Of a stretch of DNA of 64,000 bases, positions 40,879 through 54,539 are shown in pieces; the stretch's first letter is position 1, and the number at the start of each line of letters is the position of its first letter. Location: contig JAWQFM010000005.1 in the NCBI GenBank assembly GCA_033442325.1, forward strand, positions 1,212,329-1,276,328, written 5' to 3'. The notes below the pieces were generated by a model. The model did no database searches. It saw nothing but the letters and a program-made list of their open reading frames with translations, and was not told where the DNA came from. This stretch comes from Salpingoeca rosetta (taxonomy: Eukaryota; Protista; Choanoflagellata). The translations under genes were made by a program, and so were the position numbers.

Positions 40879-41463
40879 CTGCATTCATGTGTGTCGTTGC
40901 GTTGGCACCTCATCACCTGCACCTGCCCACCATACACGCCCCCCCCCCGCTGCAGGTACGGATCGCAACATCCGGTTGTGGAACTCTGAGACATTCAACT
41001 GTGTTGCGGACTACAACGCGCACCGCAGCGGGCCCCACGGCGCCGTGCTCGATAGCTGCTTCAACCGCGCCGGGTCGCAGTTTGTTACGTGAGTCGTCGC
41101 GATGGTGGTGATGATGGTGATGCTCTTGTTGTTAGTCTTGTTGTTGTTCTTGTTGTTTTTGTTGTTCCTGTTGTTCTTGTTCTTGTTCTTGTTGTTTTTG
41201 TTCTTGGCATTGGTCCCTGGCTCTGTCTTCACTCTTTTGTCGACACCCCACCCCCCATCCCCTTGCCCTTGGCGTTGTCCTGCTGCTGCTCTCTGTCTGT
41301 CTGTCTATCTGTCTGTCTGTCTGCAACACGTGACTCACCTTCAATCATCCTTGCTTCCACTTGTCGCTGCACCAATACCACGATGTCATCCCCCCCCCCT
41401 CAACACACACACACACACATCCACAGCGTTGGCGCCGAGGGCACTGCGCGTGTGTACCAGTAG
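34912..41463 (+). CDS. STRN: Striatin (STRIPAK scaffold, PP2A B''' subunit) with WD40 repeats
   Basis: SIAEVLHFVQREWANFTRERSKWQEERAAMQHRINSLEGE..DLVRRIKMLE..QQER; LGELANVTV; WKTKFILR; WD40 repeats such as VTGSADNTIKVW and LEGHRGPV; terminal SVGAEGTARVYQ. Confidence 0.95.
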
Positions 41464-42136
41464 TGCACGCGCTGTTTCTCGCTCTCTCTCTCTCTCCCAT
41501 CATGTTCACATGTCATTGGTTCGTGGTCGCACTTGACTGCTGTCCCCACCTCTCTCGTTCTTCTTTGCTGCCTACCTGCGACCTGCGCATGCAACCCCAT
41601 AATGTCTTTGGTTTCTTGTCCCTGCTTGGTTGTCCTGTCTCCATTTGTTAATCGTTTTGTTGTGTTGCTTGTTATCACAGCACATGCATGTGTTCGTCTG
41701 CTTTGTGCCGTGGCTGGTGTTGAAGGTGCCCTGGCCCTGTGCCCATGGTGCTGCAGGTGATAATGGTGGTGTTTAGGTGATCTGCTGTGTTTTGCTTGTC
41801 CATTGGTTGCGGCTTTCTGCCTGCAAGTGACCATGCATGCATGGTCACACCAGCTGCGCTTTGCCCACCCCCGTCTGGTTTCCTCATCGTGTCTTGTCTG
41901 TGTCAACCATCACATGAACTGTCAACACGTGCTCGGCACGGTGGAAACTTAGTTTCTTTGGGGTGGTCAGTGACACTTTATTTTGCTGATCGGAGAGGAA
42001 AATATGCAGAAGAAAGAACACCACACCGACCAGCACACGCGCACACGTGGTTGTGCACACTCACTTTTCTCGCATACACACACAAACACACAGACCTAAC
42101 AACGCACGTCAACTCACGCCCAGTCCCATGCTTGAA

Positions 42137-42862
42137 TCACTTGCGCGCTGGCTTTGATGCCACTGAAATATCCTTCAACAACTGGGACACCCTCGCCTGC
42201 AACAGGCAGCATGCATCACGGGTGAGCAACGAGTGTCAGGAGTGGCTGTACCTGCACCGACTGTGGTGGTCACTTGACGTAAATTGATACACAGGCCACA
42301 CGACACGCGACGCAACGCAACACAACGCAACGCAAGTCGGACCTGTCTGCGTTGTGCGTCACGCTTTCGCTTGAGCTGTGCCGCCGTCATGGGTGCAGGC
42401 GCCTGGTCACCATCTACAGTGGCATGGTTGTGGGTAGGTTGTGGTAGGTTGTGGTTGGTTGTGGTAGGTTGTGGTTGGTTGTGGTTGGTTGTGATTGGTT
42501 GTGGTTGGTTGTGGTTGGTTGTGGTTGGTTGTGGTTGATTGTGGTTGGTTGCAATCATACGGAGTCGTGTATGAGCACATGAGGTGTTGAAGAAGCACAA
42601 CTTCAAGCACATGCACGCACACGCGCACACGCTAACCTGCGTAGCTCCAGTCTGGCAGATCTGTGAGAGGGCCAAACTCGTTGCCGCTACGACCCTTGCC
42701 GCGTCTGTACGCAAAAAGGCAAACAAAGATAACAATAACATGAAGCATTGTATGAGTGTACGTAGTGGTCACATGGCTTTCAGCTTTAAACTTGTCGCAG
42801 AAGGCGTCTTACACCCTGTCCTCTCCCCTTGTGCTCTCCACTTCTCCTCCACCCCCTCCCCG

Positions 42863-42950
<88 letters not shown>

Positions 42951-43163
42951 TCACATCACACACACACATAGCAGCAGCAACACAATGAACATCGAAAGCT
43001 CCACTCCAATGACAAGCACCCCTTACTTGAGGCGCGACTTCTCGCCGGCAGCGCAGGGGCTCGCGGTGTGCAGGCTGGCCCGTGTCACTGGCCGAACAAC
43101 AGCAGCGGAAGAAGCAGCGACAGCGCGTTGCCACACCACAGCCCTCGCCAACGCATGCATCAT
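42137..43163 (-). CDS. MRPL52: Mitochondrial ribosomal protein L52 (mL52)
   Basis: Exons 43163-43027, ~42704-42637, ~42413-42343 and ~42196-42137 give presequence + [48 protein letters not shown], matching the GPLTELPDWSYADG signature. Not present as a single ORF in the track. Confidence 0.88.
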
Positions 43164-43197
43164 CGTCGCGGATCGTGGTGGTTGTGGAGGATTTGTC

Positions 43198-43217
43198 GAA
43201 AATACCACGCACTTTTC
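43198..43217. promoter_or_regulatory. GAAA-N12-TTTC variant in the 170-bp MRPL52/FAM241 bidirectional promoter
   Basis: GAAAATACCACGCACTTTTC; spacer one base shorter than in the other copies. Confidence 0.45.
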
Positions 43218-43333
43218 CGCAGTGTCGGAAGCAAGGCAAGCAAGACGACGACAAACCTCGCAGACCACAACAGGCAGCTCCCACTCACAAGCACCTCAAC
43301 CTGCCTTCCCTGCATCACGCCCACAACGCCAAC

Positions 43334-44273
43334 ATGTTGATTATTGATGGCGAGGTGATCCCGGATGACGATCCTCGGGCAGTTGCCTTCCGCTCGGGCC
43401 AGGAGAGGCGGCGCCCGCGGCGCCAGCCAGCACAACAGCAGCCAGGCGAAGCAGGCGCAGGCAGCAGACGAGGGCAGCAAGCGGAGCGTGTGGTTCCGCG
43501 GCGAGGACAACCACCCGGCCCATTTGGGAACACGAGCGCAAACAATAGGTGCTCTGTTTTGTACAACAATGAACACGTACACACGCACACACATAAGAGT
43601 GCTTGAACTCTTCCCAGGGAAGACTGTGTGTGTGTGTGTTGTTACTGTTGCCTGTGCTGTTGGCCCGCGTCTTCAGCTAACGTTCGTGTGTGCCATATGT
43701 CCATGTGTTCATGTGTGCCTGCATGTCTGTGCATGAACAATGCATGCATGAAACAGACCAGCACCACCGCGACCTCGGAATGCAAACAACGCTGCGCTTC
43801 CGCAGTGGCTGCATCCAGACACGCCGCTTGGCAAGATCAACCAGCAGCTCACAGAATACTTTGACGTGAGTCTGCCGTCTGTGATCATGTTTGTCGACAT
43901 TTAGCCTTGAGCCATCATCCATCCACACTTCATCACTCACACACTCGCTCACTGACACACACGCACTCACTCACTCACTCACTCACTCGCACACTCGCGC
44001 ACTCACTCACGCACGCACGCGCACTCACTCACTCACTCACTCACTCACTCACTCACTCACTCACTCACTCACTCACTCACTCACTCACTCACTCACTCAC
44101 TCACTCACTCACTCACTCACTCACTCACTCGCACTTACACTGTGCAGCCGGTGCAAATCGGATCGGTTGTGCTGCAGCCGATTATGATTGTCATTCTTGT
44201 GTCCTCGTACCTGATCATTGGACCAGGTGGCCTCATCATTGCCGCGCTGCTGCTGTACGCAACCCGCGCTTGA
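43334..44273 (+). CDS. FAM241 (DUF4605)-like small membrane protein
   Basis: MLIIDGEVIPDDDPRA..TPLGKINQQL..PVQIGSVVLQPIMIVILVSSYLIIGPGGLIIAALLLY parallels the recalled FAM241B sequence NGEIVQDDDPR..SPFNDLNRQL..EPVTSILLLFLL..GVRGLLLV. Confidence 0.75.
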
Positions 44274-44810
44274 GATGCGCGAGCGCGCTGTTTCGCTCTT
44301 GCAGTATGTCTACTGTGCTGTTGTTATGTTACCCTTCACTGAAACCGTTCGCTTCACTTGAGCCCTCTCTGTTCCCTTTCATCTACTTGCCATCCTCTCG
44401 CAGGGCTGCATCACGTGGCCCGTGTGTATAAAGGACATCACACACGCACCATGGTCAACAAATGCAAAGAGCAAATGGATGAACACTGACAAGACAGTCA
44501 GACATGACACAAGCGCGCACACGCGGCAGTTGCGAATCATTGGAGCGCGCGGTTCAGAACATCCACAGACAAGGAAAAAAAAAAACTAAAAAAAGGCACA
44601 GGCAAAGCTGCTGCAGTCGCTGGGACTGTGCAGGTCAGAAGACAAGGTGTGAGCAAAACATGACACAGACAGAAGAACAAGACATCGACGACGAAACGTC
44701 ACAAGAATAACATGTTTGTAATGTGTGTGTGTGTATGGGGTGGGGCAGTGTGTTATTACTGAGAACACAAAGCAAGGCGACAGACGACGCCACAGCAGCA
44801 CCGCGACTCA

Positions 44811-47800
44811 TCAAGCGAGGTCTGTCTGGAGGTACCAGAGGCGATCGTAGTCGCCGGCCGCGCACGCGCCGGACGAGCACGGCTGGCAGCACACCTGCAA
44901 GCAACGCGGAAAAGGGAGTGGAAGGTGGAGGGGCAGAGGGGTTAGAAGGGGGTGTCGTGTTACACGACAATAGACAAGTGTCAGTGATGGTTGTTGAGAA
45001 CATATGTAGGCGAGGGTGCATGCAAGCAAAGTTGGCAAAGAGGCCTGTGGGAGCAAAGGGGGAAAATGAACAAAGATTGCAACTGTGCTGGGTTCAAACA
45101 ACGTGTACATGAATGAATGCATGTACACGCACCTGCAACCACCAACTCCACCAAAACCACCAAAACCACCAAAGCCGACGAAACAACACGCACGCACCTC
45201 TGATTCACAGCAGACGTCTGGCAGTGACGAAAGAAGACTGCGCAGGCGAACAGGATCGGCGCCAGCGATGGCGGTGAAGTCCACCTCATCGTCACGGATC
45301 AACTCTGCAACGTCTGGCAAGTGCAAAAGTGCAAAGGCGGGCAACCAGATACACAGACGAACACGCACGTGCGCAACGAGAGGGCACACAAGCAGACGAA
45401 ATCGTGAGTGGTGGTGCTGGTGCTTGTGCTGGTAGCGGTGATGTTGTGTTGCTGTGGGCTGCACGCACGCGGGGGCTGAACTGAAACACTGCAACACAAG
45501 TTTTCTCCAGTAACACACCACAAGTACACTGTAACACATAACTGCTTCAACAAGCCCGCAAGCCCGCAACACCGGCGCATGTGCTGTGTTGCAAATGCAT
45601 TGGCACGCACCTGTTCCTTGGCAGTTGCCGACGGCATCGCAAATGTCAAACACGGTCGTCTGTCGCACACGCAGGTAGGGTTACATGGTCAAATCAAGGC
45701 AACAAGCGGGGTCTGTGCACAGCATCCACCAAGGGGGCAACAAAGTAACAAAGGCCAACAGGCACAGCAACGAAGAGAGGACTCGCAAGATTCGCAGGTG
45801 GTGCAGTGCCTGCAAGCAAGTGAACGTGCAAGGAAATGCGACGGAGCAAACCAGCAAGCAACCGCCACCGACAAACAAACGTTGACACAAGAAATGCCGT
45901 CATCGCTCACGTCATCCATGTCGTCGCAGTACTCGCCGGCCGCCTTGAGTGTGGAGGGGGAGCAGGCGCCCAGATTTGGGATGCAAACACCAGCGTTGTG
46001 ACATGTGGACAGTGGCTCGCACACCACCCCAAGGCACTTTGATGTGCCCACACACACGCCCTGGCTGGTGCAGGTATCGTCTGGGAGAGCGAAGTGCAAT
46101 CACGCACCGGTGAATGGAAACAGCACGTACAAATCAAAACGTAAGCGACGACCAAGCATGACAGCAGGCCCATCAAAGCCTACAGAAGAAACAATGGAAT
46201 GGCACAGTGTCACAACATAGCCCAGCACAGTCACACCACGCACCACGCGCCACGCACACTCGCACAGCCCTGCTTCACGCACCACGTGTGGTGTCGTCGC
46301 CGTCGTCGCATGCCTGGCCGGTTTTGGGCACCTGGTCAAGGCACGTGCCCGTTCCAGAATCACAAATGGATGCTTGCAGGCACTGCGTTTCACTCGCGCA
46401 TGTCACGCCGTCACACTTGTCTGGTGGAGGTAACGACAAGGAGGGGAAGAGGTCAGCGGGCGCAGGGAAGAAAGCAAGCAAACGAATGGGCAAACAAGCC
46501 AAACAAAACAACACAACGCAAATCAAATCTAACCAACACAACGCAAATCAAATCAAAACACCACACGCAAATCAAATCAACACAACACACCACAACACAA
46601 CACAAATTAGCAAATAAGCAAGCAAAGTGTGCTGGGACTGTACCTGGCATGAATAGAGTGACAATCCCTTCGGAAACGCCCTGCCGTGCAAAGACAAACG
46701 GGAGCGCATCAGCGGCATCCGTCGTCACTCCGACAGCACCCGTGGACGTGACGGATGAGCCAACTTCCACTGTCACGTCAGCGCTTGTGGTGACCTGCTT
46801 TTGCCCACAACCGTACAGCAGCCAGACCAGCCATGTGTGAGTTGTTGAAATGCACATGCACAGAACAACAGAGACACCAAACGAGTGCCAGCTGACAGTG
46901 ATCCGCATTTCCAAAACCAGCCACGGAGCCAGCAAGGAGGTGTAGGCAGGCGAAAGAGTGAAGATGGTTCACTGGCAAGACAGCAGTCAACCAAGACAAC
47001 ACAGTCGCAGTGCACGCACGTCCTGCCAATCTGTGACGGTGAGCGTAATCCTGCAGCGGCGCGAGACGCCGGACCCCGATGGCTGGAACGTGCCTGTGAA
47101 CACACGAGCAGCGGGACCAAGACTCGACACGCTACCGGCCAGTGGGTGCCCATTGTCCAGTGTCAACCAGCCCGAGCTGCACATGCTGCCGCCGCCAGCC
47201 GTGATGACGGTGCCAGAGGCGTCGACGTGGTCGATGGTGAACGCATATGCGAGCGCCTCGTCGCTGGCAGAGACGTTGCTCACATCAAAGTCGAGGAAGC
47301 TGTTTGGGGTTTTGGCGCGTGCAGAAGGGACAAAATGGCAAAGTATCCGTGAGAAGAAGCAGAGACGATGACAAACAGTGGAAAAGCAACATATCAGGCA
47401 TGAGGCGACAAAGTAAAGGACAGTGGTTCAAGGACATTGAAGATGGCGAGATGATAGTGGTGGGAAGGCGCTACAGAGGCGAGGGACAATCAGCGAGGAA
47501 TACATGGTTACGTGCACCTGGTGGCCCACCTTGCAGTCAGCGTGATGGAGGTGCCAAACGTCACAGCGGACTGGTCAAACCCAAGACGCGTGATAACGGG
47601 CTCCTGGTTAAACGCGCCGTGGAAATTGCCTGCAAGCAGCGCGGTCTTGTCGCCAGTCACATGGGCACTGTAGCCCGTGTTTTGCTCCGTCTGTTGAGTG
47701 GCAAGATAGGTGGCGTGTGGTGTGAGCACGACAAACACAACTTCACAAGGCTGGGAAGTTGGAAGGAGACATGAATAACACCACAAGCAAAGCACACAAC

Positions 47801-48246
47801 AAAGCACATAACGATGATGCACACGACACCGAACACTACAAGAGATACAGCACAACAAAGCATGACATCGCAACACAGTATTACAATCTGCGCGACACAC
47901 AGAACGAACCGCTGTGACCGCGAAGATGATGGGCTCGTCGCTGCTGGGATATGTGGCGTCGCACGCATCTGACGTGGCGCTGCACTGCTGTGGCGTGAGT
48001 GGTGCCAGTGACGACGAGATGGCTTGCATCGCGTACTCAAATTCGTTGCCCAAGAACGACCGAGCAAGCACTGCATGTGGTGGTGGTCAGTTGACAATTT
48101 TGAGGCGCGTGAGCGTGAGCGTGAGCGTGAGCGTGAGCGTGAAAAGGGGGGGGGGGGTGTTGTGTGAGCAATATCACATCAGACATGGCAGCCTCACGCG
48201 CGAAGGACGGCGAACATCACAACATGGAAGTGTTCCGCACATGTAC

Positions 48247-48279
<33 letters not shown>

Positions 48280-49674
48280 TGTGTGTGTGTGTGTGTTGGT
48301 GTGTTGGTGTGTGTTTGTGTATGTCTCGCCCACCTTCAGCACGGGCTTCAGAGGGTGACTCCGCGAGCGCAAATCTGGAAAAGAAGGGCACATGTGCAGA
48401 TTGCCCATCCGTTGGTTCTGGTGTTGATGGAAACGGGCGAGCCGAGGAACAACAGGGAAAGAATGAGCACTTCGGAGCGAAGCAAAGCAAAGCAAGCAAG
48501 GTGGCGTGGAAGATCGTGATCGCTCCCGTGCCGTTACTGTGTATGCAAAGCAACCACAAGCCAAAGACGTTGATGCCCGCTGCTGCTGCTGTTTTCGTCT
48601 TGTGAGTGCAGGGAGGGCTCACCGAGGTTGGCAAGCACGGCTTCTTGAGACAGCGAGCTGCCTTCATACATGAACGATGTCTCGTACAACACCGCAGACG
48701 AGGAGTCCTGATTTGAGGTGGATGAAGGAAAACAGTTGGGGGGGGGGTTGTACGGAAGGGAGACCCAAGAAAGTGAGCATACGCAGAACACAAGCACATG
48801 GGTGCGGCGCGTGCGTATTTGACCGTGTGGTTGAATGTGTGCGTGTGCGTGTGTAGGTTGGGTGTTGAAGGATGGAATTGAGAAGTGCATGTGACAGGCA
48901 CTGGCATATCCATACGCCAGAGGGTACGCACACACCACGCACGCACGCACAAACACACACGCATACAAAAGCACTCGCACGCACACGCACACACACACAC
49001 ACGCACGCACACACACGCCCAAGCACCCACGCGTCGTACACACACCATGCACTGAACCGTCGCTGTCACCGTCCCAGACAACACGTTCGTGAAGGACATC
49101 TGTCAGGTAAGAAGGCAGCGCAAAGGAGACCCGAATGCGTTGTTGTGATGTGAACAAGACTCAACGGACCCAAGGCACACTATGCACAAGAAGTACAAGT
49201 GCGCCCCCAGCAAGGTTGCATGCAGCAAAGGTCGTACTGCGCATTGTGATTGCTCACCTGCAATGCGTTTGACAAGAGCTGAGGGTTGAGGTTGAAAGCT
49301 GTGCTTGTGATGTCGTTTGCCATCTCAAAGCGGCATCGCGCAATCTAGCACGGTGGCAGTGAGAGGGATTGGTCGTGAGTGAGGAGTGGTGGAGGCGTAT
49401 CATAACACAAGCATGCATCAGCTGCCCAATGCGATGAGCACAGTTGCTTGCAGGCAACACCACACGGTGCAGCAAAGCCCACACACACAAACAAGAACAA
49501 AACAGCAGAAAAACGAGTCTTCTCTTGTCTTCTGTGTGGCATAACTGGTCACTGAACGTAGGAACGCGCACGCACAACAAGACGAACCTGGAGAGCATCG
49601 TGTTGGGCATGCACTTGTGCCGTGCTAAGCACGACAACCCAACAAGCAAAGACAACAACAACACCCTTCCTCAT
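44811..49674 (-). CDS. Secreted protein with a beta-rich region and tandem cysteine-rich repeats (CxGVxC..C..C..G.C..G..CDD)
   Basis: Signal MRKGVVVVFACWVVVLSTAQVHA; about 13 exons; repeats DKCDGVTCASETQCLQASICDSGTGTC..GQACDDGDDTT and KCLGVVCEPLSTCHNAGVCIPNLGAC..GEYCDDMDDTT; Cys-rich C-terminus. Confidence 0.75.
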
Positions 49675-50255
49675 CTTTGCAGGAGGTGTGTTTGTTTGTG
49701 TCGTGTTGTGTTGTTGTGTGATTGGTGCCCGAAAATTAGCAAAGCTTCCCGTGAAACTTCCACCGTGTGCCTGATCGTTCTGTGCGTGAGTTTGGTTTGC
49801 TTCTTTGCTGCAGCACTTTCCTCCCACTGTGTCTTCCTTCCACTTGTGTTCCTTCACGCCATCTCCCTCCTCCCCCCCCCCCAACACACACACGCATCCA
49901 CACTGTGCCCTTCAGATCAGTTCGTTCATTTGGTGAAACCCCCGTGCAGGGAACAGCACACAGATCACACAAATCACACACACACACACATACACAAGCG
50001 TAGGAAGATGCGTAGTTCGACCATTCGGCTGAATGACAATACACACACAAAACCACACACACACGCGCGCGCGCGCACGCAAACAAAGCTTTTTGCTTTC
50101 TGGAAAGGCAAGACAAGGCGATCATAGGAGGGGGACAACACAGCACATCCACAACGCAACATATCCAACCACACCGAGCAGGGAAGCACAACGCTGGCTT
50201 GCTAGGCTGGCGCTGTAACCTGTTGTTTGTGCGCAGAGAACGGCAATGGCGAACC

Positions 50256-53200
50256 TCAGTAGCTGGAGGTGTTGTCTGTTGGGTCGTACTCTTCCTCATC
50301 AGCGGTGGTGGTGGTGGTGGTGGTGGTGGTGGTGGGGTTGAAGGGCCCACCACTGCGTGGAGGGCTGGTCACAACCAACGCATCCTCCTCCGTGTCCTCG
50401 TTCATCAGCAACGGTCCCTGTCATCATAATAAAGATGGGAAACGGTGGTGAGTTGTGGGCAGAAGTGAGCTATCGGCAAAAGGGCCTGAAAAGTCAGCAA
50501 CATTGCGGTTTTGAAGATGCACACACACACACGCACACACACACACGCGCGCGCGCACACACACACACGCACACACACACGCGCACGCACACACCAATGG
50601 GTCTGGGATGTCGTCGGTGTCCTTCATGGCTGTGTCAAACCCAAGGCTCAGGTCAATCAGCTGGCCACCACCAGTGCCAGCAGCGTGGCGTGGCGTGCTG
50701 GACACAATGCCCTGATCACGGCCATCGTCATCGTCGTCGTTGTTGTTGTGGCTGTCGTGCACGTCAGCAAGTAGCTGCGACAGGGACGGGTTGCCCTTCT
50801 TGCTGTTGTCTGTGTCTTCTTTGCTCGTAAAAAAGGAGCTGCCAAACAGCCCGCCCGTCTTCTCCTTCTTCTGCTCCTCGTCTTGGGTGTCTGCTGTGCT
50901 CGCTGTGCTCGGCGCGCCAAAAGCCTTCCCCATTTTGTACTTGGACGGCACAAAGGGCGGCTTCTTGGCAGACTCTGGCGAAATCTTGATGGTCGCGCGC
51001 ACCCTCGCATCGGCGGGCGTCGACGACGCTGTCGGCGTCTTGTCGCCGTCATCATCGTCGCCCTTGTTCTTGTCGCCAAGAATGCCCCTGTCCACCGCGC
51101 TCAAGGGCCCAGTGCTGGTGCCACTGGCGCGTGTTCCTTCCTCAGCCTCCGTCTTGCGGTTCAAGGAGAACTTGAAGCCATACCCGGTCGTGCCTGCAGG
51201 CTTGCTCGCTGTGGACGCCATGCTCGATCTGGTTTGGGCAGCTGTTGTGGTGGGGGCGGTTGTGGCAGTGGTGGAAGGCTCTGGCTTCTTTCCATAGAAG
51301 AACGTGGGCTTCTTGTACTCGGACTTGGTGGCGTTCTTGCCGCTGCTGTCTTCAAGGTCCCTCATCTTGGGGATGCCGCTGCTGAACTTGGGCACGGTGC
51401 CAAAGGGCTTCTTCGACTTGTCGCTGTCCTCCTCCTTCTTCCCGCCAAACACAATCTCGCTGCACACGGGCGCCTTGGTATTGGTAGTGGTGCCCTCCTC
51501 GCCCTTGCTTGCTGCCTTCTCATTCGATGCCTCCTTGGTCGTCGCCGTTGTTTCCGTTGTTTCCGCTGGCTTCTTCTCATCATCCTTCGACGACGAGGAA
51601 GAGCCACCCATTCCAAACAACATGCTTCCAAACGTGCTCACTACACCGGAGCTCGCCTTCTTGGTCGCTGGCTGCGCCGGTGTGGCTGTGGGCTTGCTTG
51701 TCGTGGCTGCTGTACGTGCCATTGCCGCTGCCGTTGGCCCCGCTGTTGTCTTTGTGGTTGCCGTCGTGGAGGACGAAGAAGAGGAGGAGGACGAAGAGAA
51801 AGGCTTGGTCGTGTCTGGCTTGCGCGTGAACGCGGGCTGCGATGTAAACTTGGTTGCAGCAAACGGAAACGGCTGCGTCTTGGACTCCGTGGCCGCTGCC
51901 CTTGCCGTATCGGTCATGGCAGTTGTACTGGTAGTCGTCGATGGCTTGGCTGAGGTTGTCCGCTTCTCGGCAACAGGTTCGTCATCCCCAAACGCCCTCT
52001 TCGCAGCCTTCAGTTCCTCCATCAGGTTCATACCGCTCTCGTCCTTGTCCTTGTCCACGCTGTCGTCCTGCGTCTTGCTCGCCTTGTCCGCGGCGCCGCT
52101 CGCCGTGGTTGCTGCTGCCTTTGTCCCAGTCTCCTTCGCTGTTGCCTTGGTCGTTGTCGTCATCGGCTTGGTTGTCGTGGCTGTCGATGGCTTGGATGGC
52201 GCACCGAATGTGCCAAGGGATCCAGCCTTGGTCCCTGGTGCCGCTGCATCTGCTGTCATCGCTGGCGTCGTCTCGCTGCCCGGCCGCGGGCGCGACCGGC
52301 GCGTCGTCACGCTCGACGGCAAAGTAGATGAAGCAGGGAAGGACGAGGGAGCAGAGGGGAAGGACGAGGGAGCAGAGGGGAATGCCGCCGGTGCAGGCTT
52401 CGTCGCTGCAGGTGCAGCCGGTGCAGTGGGTGCATCTTGTGCCTGGGTTGCGCTTGAGGTGCTGCGGCGCTGTGTTGTGGCGCGAGCAGAGGGGTCACGG
52501 CGGGCCGTGGTCCGCGTGTCGCCGCCATCGGGGTGCACGGGGATGGGCTCCACGCGCGCGTTCGGGTCATCTGGGAGCGAGCAATGCGATGGCAAGAAAG
52601 ATGATGTGGGGGGGGGAGGGGGTTGATAGCGGTGGTGAGGAGGAGGGGGTGATCAAGAAGCAAAAATGCAGCACGTATACTCATGCAGGTTGTAAGCAGG
52701 GAGCTAGCACTGGTTGCACCAAAATATACTGCACATACCCCATACATTGTCAACAGCACCACCCACATCAGACCACAACACACCACAGTATGAACCACCA
52801 CAACACAGTATTAACCACCACAACACAGTATGAACCACCACTAAATCCGGGATGCGCGTACAGACGAGCACTCACAGACGATGCCTCGGGCGGGGAGGCG
52901 GCTGAGGATGTAGGCAACGGCGGCAGCCAGGCGCCCGAAGACATTATGGGAGACGGTGCAGACGAGCGGCCAGTGGCGGTGCACGGCATACACACGCTCC
53001 ACAAACGGCGCCCACACAACCGTGGACACTGCAAGGGGAGGGAAGGGGCAGCGGAGTGATGAAGGGAAGGAGTGTGAGGGAGGCATGTGCATGGTGAGAG
53101 AACACCAGTGTGGAGAGAAGAAGACGGAATAGACGGTAGAAGCGGTGATGAAGGTAGAGAGCACGGGGCAAGAGGACGTACCAAGGAAGAACAGGTAGGT

Positions 53201-53397
53201 GGTGTCGGAGAAGAGGGAGAATGCCCACGCGAGGAACAGCGACGACATCACCACCACAAAGGTGAACTGTTTGAGGCGTTTTGGTGCAAGGCAGAGGCAA
53301 ACAATATGAGTGTGTCGGAAGGAGAGGAGGGACTCCGTGTGAGTGAGGAGAAGCAAGCAAGTGGGGGGGCACTTCGATGAGCACGTGATAGAATGCA

Positions 53398-53438
<41 letters not shown>

Positions 53439-53684
53439 CACGGTGACTCACGGTGCCGAGGCGGTTGCGCTGGACGGATGCGACGTGTTGAATGGTGCCC
53501 TCCTTCCACTGCTGCGCGTGTGCAAGTAGACTGGCCAGCTCCTGCACAGACCGCAGTGGCAGTTGCCTGTGATGATGATATTTGTCCCAGGGTAGATGGG
53601 CAGGGAATATGTGAGCGGCTAAACCGAGTAAGAGAAATGAAGCTTCTGCTTGTAGCACAGGGACAGAGGGAGGGGAGAGAGGGG

Positions 53685-53715
<31 letters not shown>

Positions 53716-54339
53716 ACACACACACATTTACACACAAGCACATATGTCTGGGCATGATCAGGTGAAGTGTGTGTGCGTGTGCGTGTGTACTTCAAAACTG
53801 ACCATGGCTGGCGCTCGACGAGCGGGGAGATGGACTGGAGGCGCTGCACGGCCGTCTGCTGCGGAAGACGCGATGAGATGAACATCAGCATCATCTCGCT
53901 CAGCGCACCCGTCGTCGCCGCAAGCACAAGCTGCAGGCAGTGGGAAGGGCATTGGAGGGGGGAATACACAAAGGGTGGAGTGGTGGTGAGAAGAAGAAGA
54001 AGAAGAAGAAGAGGAAAAGTGTGGCTGTGGCGAGATGTATGGAGAGAAAGAGAGAAGGGGGGGGCAGAGGAGACAATGCACCGACACGTGAGACGGGTCG
54101 AGAAAGATGATACTGTGACATAGGATGGGGCCGCTGCTGTAGTACCTTTGTCATGATGGAGAAGTTTGTGAGGGTGAAGAGCGCCCAGACGGAATACCAC
54201 GCCGACACATAGACCACCGATCTGTAGAGTGAGGGGGGGGGGGAGGAGGTGACGGGATAAAATGGTGAGAAGAAAGTCGGGTGGTGAAAAGAGATGTGAA
54301 AGGGTGTGATGTGATGAATCTCGCATACGATGCAAAACA

Positions 54340-54390
<51 letters not shown>

Positions 54391-54494
54391 GCCATGAAGC
54401 TTACAGGACGGGGCGGCGGAGGCAGGCGACCTCCTGCAGGAAGATGACGACATCCTTGCGGCGATCGAGGTACGCTTGCCACTACAAGCAATGG

Positions 54495-54539
<45 letters not shown>

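Noticed and set aside
42427-42550. GGTT/GGTTGT repeats as telomeric sequence
   Set aside because: Not TTAGGG-type; an internal compound microsatellite in an MRPL52 intron.
42175-42741. ORF ending CCRRGCPSC, suggesting an oxidoreductase-like Cys motif
   Set aside because: Out-of-frame read-through; splicing gives MRPL52.
50080-50100. CAAA-N13-TTTC match
   Set aside because: Lies in AT-rich sequence just 3' of a gene and ~400 bp from the next ATG; may be chance, so it was not counted as promoter evidence.
50883-52626. 356-aa and 440-aa + strand ORFs, partly hydrophobic
   Set aside because: Shadow frames of the Thr/Lys-rich - strand exon.
52782-52840. Three ~20-bp direct repeats, superficially CRISPR-like
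   Set aside because: Contiguous intronic minisatellite with no spacers or cas genes, in a eukaryote.
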